64,000 nt of DNA from positions 4,154,001 through 4,218,000 of the forward strand of contig NW_027266330.1 in NCBI RefSeq assembly GCF_022045235.1. The letters run 5' to 3'. Source of the stretch: Haliotis cracherodii (lineage: Eukaryota). Shown in pieces: positions 1 to 11,800 of this stretch. How positions within the stretch are numbered: the stretch's first letter is position 1; each line of letters starts with the position of its first letter. Under the pieces are notes generated by a model, which saw only the letters and a list, made by a program, of their open reading frames with translations, had not been told where the DNA came from and made no database searches. The position numbers and the translations under genes were made by a program.

Positions 1-226
1 ACTCGCGATGTAGGTATGATCGCCGATAATGAAGTAATTAGTCAATAACACTTTGGCCCGTCTTGGCCCGGCCCGCCCCGACTTTTGGGCAATGCCCTTT
101 TGGAAGAGACTCTATCGGTAGTAGCCACTTTATTACATCGGGGTGTGTAAAGATGGTATTAAGTCTTGGAGAAGGTTGTATGCATATGTACAGTACATGG
201 GTATACGACAACAATGCATTTTGCAG

Positions 227-345
227 TTCAAAGATCCCGTGAGTGCCGAGGTCTCCGATATCTCCTTTTTACCCACCGGCAAGGAGACGATGCTGGAGAA
301 GATCCAGTACCTGTGCGCCCTGGGCATATACAGAACCGACCTCAG
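227..345 (+). CDS. myosin VII-like exon (MyTH4-1)
   Basis: ttgcag|[21 protein letters not shown]|gtaggt. Confidence 0.85.
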
Positions 346-2860
346 GTAGGTTACTCAGGACACGGGGATTTCGAGGATTTCGGTTTTGACGGGTCAAGTT
401 ATGTTAAATATATAAGGCAACGAAGAACGACCTATACTGTTATATAGGGTTATACAGGGTGATCAGGAAGCTTCATGCCGCTTGTAGCGAGGGTCCCTCA
501 ATATCAGCGTAGGTGGCCACAAGAATTGGGCTCCCTCGTGTACTCATGTGGAGAAACGAACCTGACTGTCATGGTCAAGTGTTATTTTAACCTGGCAATT
601 TCACCTTATGACAGGACAGAAACTATGTATCCAATGTACTCTTCACTTTTTCATCATGCGGAGATTGTGCAATTGTGATGTTATTTCAGGAGGAGTTACA
701 CTGTAGCTGTGTACAATTGTCATGATGTTTCAGAGACGAGTTATACTGCCAGTTATGTAAGCAGTTGACGAACAACCCGTCCAGGAACAGCACAGTGCGA
801 GGCTGGGTGTTGATGATGCTGTTCGCCGGATGCTTCACGCCCTCGGAAAAGGTTCGACCACCATCCCGTCTCACTTTCTAATATACCAACCATTTGATCT
901 CCGAAGAGAGGAACTTGTATGGTTTCTATCATAAAATATATATTCTCCTCCAGAATTTGCTGGAGGCAAATAATTTGAGATAATCTTGTATTCACTGGAC
1001 CTGCTTGATGTCTTAAGCAATGTGTAGTGTCCTAGACTGTTCTGATCCGTAAGACATGGCGGTGTTTCAAGATCCAGCATCTACATGCCAATCTTACCAG
1101 TTATTATTCCATTCCCATTAACCCCAACCAGGAAACAGCAAATGCTCATGCTTTGTTTGTTTGTTTGTTTGTATGATGTTTATATGAGGGCGGTCTGTAA
1201 ATAATAGAATCGGGACCGAGCAATCTAATGATTGACATCATGAGCATCGATCCACACAAATTTGATACGATGACATGCATCAACCAAGTCAGCGAGCCTG
1301 ACCACCCGTTCCCGTGCTTGCTTACGCAAAGCAACGTGGTTTTTACAATAACCTATACGAAAGAAATATATGTAACTAGTTCAAGGGAAATAAATGATGA
1401 AAGTTGGCAACGAACAAGGACGTGACCTATCAATACATGTTCACTAAACAACATCTTCTATCTCAGCAAGACAGCTTGTTCGAATTGGGAAATTTTGACC
1501 TTGAACTTTTGCAGACTTTGCCCTTGGAATTATGATTATTATTATTGTTATCATGATTATGATGATTATTATTATCATTACGTATATGACTTTTACGCCA
1601 ATACGATATTCTCATTGCTTATGTTGTTGTCTGTTGTAGTTCGCCCCGTGTTTCCGATGTTTCCTAAAGGAGGGGCCGACAGAGTTCACCCAAAAGGTGG
1701 AGAAGCTTACCCGGAGGACCAGCGTTGCAGGAACTCGGGGGTTCCCTCCCAGCTGGCTGGAGTTCCAGGTCGGTCATCTGTGCCGGTGTACGTCACCCAG
1801 GGCTTTTGTCAACCGGTGTAATCCCGGTCCGCCCCAATTATGTTTCTAGGTTTGTCAGCACCATACCCGTGCTGTGGGTTTCGCCGAAGTAGTAAACGTC
1901 TGAGACCTGCATCACTTCGGGCTTTCCTCCCACATTAAGCTGACACGCCGTGATATGACTGGAATACTGTTCAAAGCGGCGTTAAACCCACCTCACTCAC
2001 TCAACCGGTGTACAGTGCCAAGGCAACAATGGTATGAGTAAATTCTAAAACTTTTAACTCCAAACAAATCACTATTACAATCTTCACAGCGTGTTTCAGT
2101 CTGGTGATCGATGGGTTCTACTAAGTATACACCTGTGGGATAGACCATGTGGAAGATGTGCTGTGATGTGGCAGGAGTGTGTCGTATGGTGAAATATGTC
2201 TTTCTTCATGACTCGAATGTTTCTGTCAGGCGGCCAAGAACTCCAAACCTATCCTTCTTCCCGTCACCTTCATGAACGGCCAACGCATCCTCATTGAGGC
2301 GGACGCAGCTACGACTGTGCGGGAGCTGAGCAACAACCTCGCAGAGACGCTGGACTTCAGCGACAACGAGGGGTTCTCAATCTACGTCTGTCTCCACCAG
2401 AAGGTACGTCGACGTCATAAAACGAACGGGAAAGACAATGCAACGGCAATAAACATTTGAAGACAATTGAATTAATCTCAAGTACTGACATCTTGTCCTC
2501 ACATTACACCCTCAATTAACACTAGTAACACAGTGATTGAAGTGGATATATTCTGTACATGTACAGTGCACACCTTTTATATTTATCGAGTAACGTGATA
2601 TCATATGACGTGATAAAAGGTGTCTGACGGTCGAAATGAAATACAATTAGTGGTCTTTTGAGTTAGTTAAAATCGTAGATTACTGTATATCGTTCTATTT
2701 ACTTTGTTTGGCTTATCATATAGCGATATACTCACTCATGCAAAAACTACACTCTAACTCACTCACTTATTTTAAGTGTATTGATATCTTTGCATGTCAA
2801 CACACTGAATACCCTAAGCTACAACAAACTCACGCACGCACGCACGCACGCACGCACTCA

Positions 2861-2892
<32 letters not shown>

Positions 2893-5800
2893 CTTGTTGA
2901 TCTGTTTTTTTCAAATCTACAATCGCTGCCTCATCCAGTAATGACATATTTATTTTTAAAGACAGTTGTGCATACACTCAATTCAGCCTTGTTATGGACT
3001 GTTTCATGAACGTTAGCTTTAGGTTTTCCGCGAACAGGATTCAGTCATCGTATATAATGTATAATATTTGTATCTATTCACTATCCTGTCCACATCAGAT
3101 CTCCTGTCTCGGCCACGGACTTCACCGGATAATGGATGCCGTGTCGGAATGTGAACAACACACCAAGCAAATGGGCATGCGCGAGAGTAGCTCCCTCTGG
3201 CGGCTGTATTACCGGAAGGAGTACTTTACACCATGGCATGATGCCAAGGAAGACCCCTCCTCCACCGACATCATCTACCAGCAAGTGATGAGGGGGATCT
3301 CACTCGGCGAATACCAGTGTCAGAAGGTACTGGTTCTTGGGCTCATAATCTAATTGACTTGCCTTTGCAAGTGTTTGTGACGATGACATCGATGCTACCT
3401 TTTCGCGAACACCTGGTATTCTCAATACTTGATTCACCCTCAATACACATGATACAGCCAGAATCAGATATTACTTTGATCATGGNNNNNNNNNNNNNNN
3501 NNNNNNNNNNNNNNNNNNNNNNNNNNNNNNNNNNNNNNNNNNNNNNNNNNNNNNNNNNNNNNNNNNNNNNNNNNNNNNNNNNNNNNNNNNNNNNNNNNNN
3601 NNNNNNNNNNNNNNNNNNNNNNNNNNNNNNNNNNNNNNNNNNNNNNNNNNNNNNNNNNNNNNNNNNNNTATTCTTCCTTTCCTTCTCATCTTCTCCTCCT
3701 CCTTCTTCTTCCTCTTCTTCTCCTCCTCCTCGTTCCTTTTCTTCTTCTTCTGGGCCGGTACTCATTATTATTTATTAAATGCGGCAGACATGATAATGAT
3801 GTTGATGTTGTAGGTAGCAATGGTATGGAACAATGAAATACTCAACAATGAAAGCTCTTGCGGGTATTCTTTTACCGAATATACGAAATAATCCTGTCAT
3901 TTTGATGCGTTCACTGAAACGCTTATGCTATCTAGAGTGAATTTAGTTGCGATTTTCAAGTAGTATTTTTAAACTGGACAATGATTAATGATACAGCTGT
4001 GTAGTTCAGTTAAAGGGAGACTTTGATCCACGGGGCCGATGTCTAGTATTGGTCTAGACGTTGTGATAAGTGGTGTGTGTCATTCTGATACAATGGTTCT
4101 GTCCAATAAAGGTAATTATGGCAATGTAACATCATGGATATTTACTGCGATCAAATTTGTCAATGAGCCGGGGCCTATTCACCCTTTAATCTAACCTTGA
4201 CCTCACAACCTTGACCTTCCACAGGAGGAAGTGTTCGTCTTGCTTGGGGCACAGAGGTACTACCTTGAGTACTCGGAGGTGATAGATCAGAAGAAGTTGG
4301 ACAACCTGTGCCGGAACTGGTTCCCGGACGCCTGGAAGGAGGAGAAGGGGGTTCCGTACTTTGTCCAGAAGGTGGAGGAAGCAGTCACAAACAATTTCGG
4401 AAGCAAGAAACCCCCCCACGCGGACATCAAGGCGGACATCGTCACGTTCGCCATCAACAAGTGGTCTCTGATGTTCTCTCGCTACTACGACGCCAACAAG
4501 GTCACAGGACCCGGGGTGAAGGTCAATGGGCCGGGGTTTACTGCCGTCAACGTCGTGGTGGGTCTGAGTGGGAAAGGGATGTATGTGCTGGACAATGGAG
4601 ACTCAATACGTGTGCAGCTGCCGTTTTATGAGATGTCCAAGATTGTCAAACACAGGTGTGTGGAAACAGGATGATTTCCTCGCCATGTAGTGAGTGATGT
4701 TTTTTAACGCCGCATTGGACATCCGTTCAGTTATGTGATGGTGTGTGAGCTTGATGCGAGATGAAAGCTCTCACCTGATTCAGGTGTATAATGATGTAAT
4801 AACACTTTGGTGAAACTCACGAGCATAGGTACATGAACAAACACCGGATCGTAGTTAAGGGGGCGTAACTCCCTACTGCAATTTGGGGCGCATTAGACCA
4901 CTTGGCCCCGGTGGTAACCACAACCCCACCCCAACTTCATCACACCCCCATTCCCACCTCCGCCCCTCAATCCTCAAGCAGCCATCCCCACCCCACACTC
5001 CTCACACACCAATCCCCATCCCCAACCCTCAATCCTCACACACTCATCCCCACCCCCGCCCCTCCTTTCTCAAGCAGCCATCCCCACCCCACACTCATCA
5101 CACACCAATCCCCATGCCCTACCCATAACTCCTCAAGCAGCCATCCCGGCCCCACCCCGACTCCACCCTCCCCACATACCCATCCCCAACCCTACCCCTC
5201 CCTCCTCACACATCCATTCCAAACTCGCGACCCTCCCTCCTCACATACCCATCCCCTCCCCGACCCCACCCTCCTCACACACCCATCTCAACCCCCACCC
5301 ATCCCTCCTCACGCAGACATCCCCACACCTACCCCTCCCCTGCACACACCCATCCCCAACCCTCCCTCCTTACACAACCATCTCCATCCCCGCCCCTCCG
5401 TCCTCAAGCAGCCATCCCAACCCCCACCTCACCCGCCGCACACGCCCATCCCCAACATCACCCCACCCTCCTCACACACCCATCCCCAACCCCAGCCTCC
5501 TAATACATCCATCCGAACCCCGACCCCAGCCTGCTCACACACCCATATGACAGGTATATGTCAGGTATATGACAGGTATATGTCAGGTATATGTCAGGTA
5601 TATGTCAGGTATGTGTCAGGTATATGACAGGTATATGACAGGTATATGTCAGGTATATGTCAGGTATATGACAGGTATATGACAGGTATATGTCAGGTAT
5701 ATGACAGGTATATGACAGGTATATGACAGGTATATGACAGGTACATGACAGGTATATGTCATGTATATGACAGGTATATGACAGGTATATGTCAGGTATA

Positions 5801-8800
5801 TGACAGGTATATGTCAGGTAGGTGTCAGGTATACGACAGGTATATGAAAGGTATATGCCAGGTATATGTCAGGTAAATGACATGTATATGTCAGGTATAT
5901 GCCATGTATATGTTAGGTATATGTCAGGTAGGTGTCAGGTATATGACAAGTATATGACAGGTATATGTCAGGTATAGGACAGGTATATGACAGGTATATG
6001 AAATGTATATGTCAGGTTTATGACAGGTATAGGACAGGTATAGGTCAGGTATATGACAAGTATAGGACAGGTATATGACAGGTATAGGACAGGTATATGC
6101 CAGGTATATGTCAGGTATATGCCAGGTATATGCCAGGTATATGTCAGGTAAATGTCAGGTATATGTCAGGTATATGACAGGTATATGTCAGGTATATGAC
6201 AGGTATATGTCAGATATATGTCAGGTATATGACAGGTATATGTCAGGTATATGACAGGTATATGTCAGATATATGTCAGGTATATGACAGGTAGGTGTCC
6301 CAGTCTCACATGGCCCTGTACCGATGTTCCCCTGGTTTCAGACACACAGTTAACATCACCACCGTCAAGGACGAGGAGTACTCCGTCATGTCCAATCACT
6401 CCGATGACTTCCATCTCCTCCTGACGTCATTCATAGAAGGCCTGCAGATGCGCTCCAAGTACGCAATAGTCATCGACAACAAGCAAGGTACGTTCCTGGC
6501 TCATATATTCATAAACGACAAGCAAGGTACATACTTAGTTTACAAAGTCATCGACAACAAGCAAGGCACATACCTAGTTTATATAGTCATCGACAACAAG
6601 CAAGGCACATACCTAGTTTATAAAGTCATCGACAACAAGCAAGGCACATACCTAGTTTATATAGTCATCGACAACAAGCAAGGCACATACCTAGTTTATA
6701 TAGTCATCGACAACAAGCAAGGCACATACCTAGTTTATATAGTCATTGACAACAAGCAAGGCACATTCCTGGCTTATATAGTCATCGACAACAAGCAAGG
6801 CACATACCTAAAGTACTCACGGAAATGAAAAAAAATGTTTTTTCGACCTCAGATCTTAAATAAATGCAGTTAATATACAAAATATGTAAATATTCAAACA
6901 AACTAAATTAGTACTAATTGGGCCGTGGCACAAATACAGCGTGTCAAAAGTTTGTATGCCTTTTTACACGTAAAAGTGTGTAAAAATGTGAATAAAACAG
7001 ACTATTGTGGAACAGGGCATAACCAGGTGTAAGTAGATCAAGGTGACCTATGACACCTTGACGACAGGTGAGAACAGGTGCATAATGCCTATAGTCTGTT
7101 TCTGCTATGTCAATTTGGACTTAGTTTTATTTTTGAATGTTGAAAGTGCCGACAAAATACCTCCTGTAAAGTACATTTTGTATTGTTCACTGAGATCAAA
7201 CTAGCAAATCCAGACTAGTACTTTTCGAGTTGTTTTGTTATTTCGTATTTACAGCTACATTTGTACGTAACACTTTGTGTCGATTTTTAAATTGAGAAAA
7301 ACAGGGTTTTTTTCATTTCCGTGAGTACTTTAGTTTATATAGTTATCGACAAAAAGCAAGGTACATTCCTGGCTTATATAGTCATCGACAACAAGCAAGG
7401 TACATTCCTGGTTTATATAGTCATCGACAACAAGCAAGGTACATTCCTCGCTTATATAGTCATCGACAACAAGCAAGGTACATTCTTGGCTTATATAGTC
7501 ATCGACAACAAGCAAGGTACATTCCTGGCTTATATAGTCATCGACAACAAGCAAGGTACATTCTTGGCTTATATAGTCATCAACAACAAGCAAGGCATAT
7601 ACCTAGTTTATATAGTCAGCACTATCCCCTTTTTCTGGCTTGACTCTAAATCCGCGAAGACATGTCCATTCCTTTGATGTACTGAGCTCCAAAGCTCAAT
7701 AAAAGTAGGTACAAAGAGAGAGATATTGCTGTGTCCGGCAAATGTACCACCAAATCCCTGTCTCAACGATTAACCATAAGCCTCAATACAATCAAGGAAT
7801 GGCCTTCTTCAATTCTATTCATAGGAGGCATTTGAGACATATGGAATTAATACCATGGGGATTCTCAAAAATTCAACGGATTTGCTTGATGTTTCACAAT
7901 CTCAGAAAACCCCCGGTTCAATTCAGTCAAAACAACTGATTTTTAAGTTATTAAGAGAAAACTTCAAGTCTTGATCCATGGGGCTTTTGTTACAAACAAG
8001 GTGACCATAAATATAGACACGTGTCTACATGTCTGAAAATGAATGTAAATGCCAACTCCAAGTTTAATGAGAAAGCAATATGTGAAATATCGGACTTCCT
8101 CATTGATAAAGTATATGTAAAAGTTTGGTTTAAGACATTTGGGCAGGACGTAGGATCCAAATAGCCCCTTCTTGCGGAACTGTTTCTTTATGCATATGAA
8201 TTGGAATTTCTGTCTGTTCGCATTGACAAAGTCAAAACAAGGTAATTTGGCCAATTAGTTGAACATAAGCTTTAGGTATATCGATGATCTAATATCGTTC
8301 AATAACAATCCAATAGCCAATTCCCTTCCACTGATTTACCCACCTGAACAAGAAATATAACTAAAGAGACCGGTGAGACCGCCTCATGTGTTTCATATTT
8401 AGGTCCAGGTAAAAATAGTTAGACTGACAAAACACTCTCCACAAGACTGGATGACGAGAGGGGGGACTTCAACTTTCCAAAAGTCAACTTTCCCTTTATG
8501 TCGAACAATATTCCTGCAGCTTCAACCCTTGGTGTCCACATTTCTCAACTTCTGAGATACAATCGAGGATGCTCTTTCCACCAAGATTTCAAAGATTGTC
8601 ACATGCTGAGCGTTTTGATCAGAAGTTGTCTGATCAACGTTACATCATTCAAGGCCTCAGTAAAGCTTTCAATTTTTTTATGGTAGACATGTGGAGGACA
8701 TTTCCAAATTTGCCGCATCAGTGACACAATAATGTCCCTATTTTGATTTACCTTTAGGGAACACCTGGTGTCATCACTATTTCGTATGAATATAGAAAGC

Positions 8801-11800
8801 GTTTTGTATCTTTTATTATTATTATTTATTAACAGTATGATATCGTTAAATCTGGCCGATAGATCAAATAGAATATAGGAAGACAGCATACACGTTGTTT
8901 CTTCTTGTAGATCTGAAGAAGGGAGACCTGATCACGCTGGACAAGGCAGTCAAGGAATACAACAAGCTGGACCCCTTCCGTGGCGTGTGTCAGAGGACAG
9001 GCAAACCGTGTGACGTACCGCGGGACCTCGTCTATATCCTCAACACCGTGGATGAGCCTTCCTCAGAGGTTCTGGTAAGCTGATCTGGCACTCCGCACAC
9101 ATTTCTCTAGCACACAATCGCACACACTAACAAACACACACGTATGTATATACGCAAACACACATTAATGCGTACACATTTACACACTTATACANNNNNN
9201 NNNNNNNNNNNNNNNNNNNNNNNNNNNNNNNNNNNNNNNNNNNNNNNNNNNNNNNNNNNNNNNNNNNNNNNNNNNNNNNNNNNNNNNNNNNNNNNNNNNN
9301 NNNNNNNNNNNNNNNNNNNNNNNNNNNNCGCACACGTGCATACNNNNNNNNNNNNNNNNNNNNNNNNNNNNNNNNNNNNNNNNNNNNNNNNNNNNNNNNN
9401 NNNNNNNNNNNNNNNNNNNNNNNNNNNNNNNNNNNNNNNNNNNNNNNNNNNNNNNNNNNNNNNNNNNNNNNNNNCGCACGCATACACACATTCACACACA
9501 TGCATACACACATTCACACGATCACACACGCATACACACACATTCACACACAAACACATACACTGGCACACACACGGCTTGTGTCACTTCAGTGCCTCTC
9601 CCACATCAAGTTGACACGCTGAGCACTGAATGGTCAGACTTTGTCCACTGGATAAAGACGTGGACGCAATACAGACCATGGTATCAATTACTATTTTCAC
9701 ACAAAAATTAAAATAAAGTAATTTTGTAAGTAAGTAACTATTGATGACGATGCTTAAACCTGTTACCATCAAACAGGGCTGCGACTTCAGGGGGCTGTGA
9801 TTCCCTAGTCACGTCAGTGTGTCTGTTTCAGACAATGTTTACAGTGCAATTAGAGAGAGACAGTCAGGTGTTCAGGAACCAGGACGATGGCCGGCCTCAT
9901 ACACTCCAGAAATACTCAAGATATCATTTCAGGTGAGAACAAAGAACTTTATGCATGCAGCCCGTCCTCACCTCTTGTTAACAGCTACCAGAAACATTCC
10001 GGGAGTCTGTCTGTGTATTAAATGAAGCTCTATGCTTGTCTGTTGCTGCAGGCGACAGTTAACGACCAGCAATGCCAAATATCTCATTAAAAAATACATA
10101 CTGTATCTTATTATTCAAAATGTCATACTGCTCTATGCAAGGCATTTTCGCATACCAATAAGATATATATTAACCATTACAACTTTTCGTTTTGGATCTT
10201 AAGCCATGCAAAATATTATGTTCGCATTTACATGTTCTCAGCCGATTCTACTCATACTCTTTGGGGCGGTGGGGTAGTCTGGTTGTTAAAGACCCGGGTT
10301 CGATTCCCCACATGGGTACAATGTGAGAAGCCTATTTCTATTTTCCCCGCCGTGATATTGCTGGATTATTGCTAAAAGCGCCCTAAAACCATACTCACTC
10401 ACTCACTCACTCTGCTAATTCTCTGACGTCATTGTTAAGACAAAGCATCTTTTCCAGACAACCCAACGAGAATGCCGTGACGAAGATTTTCAACAAGGCT
10501 TCTATAAAACGCGGGAAGGGCAAGAGTGACCTCATCTGGCAGTTCAGCAAGGACCCCATCAAGAAGCCCCTCCTGAGAAAGTCCTTGAACCGAGATGACA
10601 CCCGCCTCATGGCTTGTCGAACATTCACTGATATCCTTCCCCGTGCTTCTTGCAGCCGCATAGCTGTCTCCACAGCTGCCACGTGTCTGGTCAGCGTGGG
10701 TAGTTGTGTTACCAATAGGGGACCCGTGAAGACCCGGGTTAGAATAGACCTTCAGCAACCCATTCTTGCCGTAAAAGGCGACCATGTTTGTCGTAAGAGG
10801 ATATCAGCATCGGGTGGTCAGGCTCGCTGACTTGGTTGATGCATGTCATCGTATTCCAATTGCGTTGATCGATGCTCATGATGTCAATCACTGGTTGTCT
10901 GGTTCAGACTCGATTATTTACAGACCGCCGTCATAGAGCTGGAATATTGCTGAGTGCGGGGTTAAACAACAAACAGACAAAACAAACCAATAGGGCTGGT
11001 GTGTACAACTACTGGTTATTAATATTGTGTTCGCTTGTCACGGTTCAGACCCCGGTTCGGCCCCGTAATGTAATGTTTCATCCCTGGTGTTCCAAGACTT
11101 ACTGGAATGTTGCTAAACCGGCGTAAACCATCACTCACACATCCCCTCCTGCTATCAGTTCCCACTCAGTGTTAACGAAAGATGCATCGTGAAATATAAT
11201 AGTGAGCCCGACCGGAACAAATTGTCCTCGTCTAGGTTTCATGACGAGGATAAGATTTGTTCAATAACTCGAGACAGACAGGAACAGGAAACATTGAAAT
11301 GAAACTATTTTTTTAATACTTCTGATGTCACGAATTGATTTGAATGGTCACGTAAGTGTATCAGTTGACGATAGCAATAATTAGGATTTACCGAATACGA
11401 ATGAGGTGATACATGTATTCAACGAATGCTCACTTGAACGACTCATATTGTACTTAACCAGATGAGTCGTCGCTATGACATGGACTATATTTCATACACA
11501 CTGGACACTTTTTTATAACAGTGGGTTCCTCGACTAACAGAGATATATGTCTGCCTCCGTCTGCCTTTGTCCTAGTTGTACCTTGGAACATATCCCCTGT
11601 ACAATATCGATACACCGACATATACCTGCTGGAATGTATCCACGTGGTTCGTTACACACGTGGGGAGGAAGATGTATCGGCAGCCTGGCTTCCGGGCAGG
11701 GGTCATCGGGTGAATGTGACCTCTGGGTAGTTATCGCCTGATTCGGTTTATTGTTGTAAAACATATCTCATCGTGACATGAGTCCGTCGTTAATCACGTC

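Noticed and set aside
3486-3668. ORFs spanning N runs (also about 9195-9474 and 53267-53408)
   Set aside because: Assembly gaps next to simple repeats.
4902-5627. 241-aa Pro/His/Thr-rich ORF
   Set aside because: Translation of a C-rich tandem repeat inside a myosin intron; it has no usable splice phase or domain.
10631-10830. Read-through extension of ORF 10432-10830
   Set aside because: Homology stops at the AT-AC donor; the rest is intron and SINE sequence.
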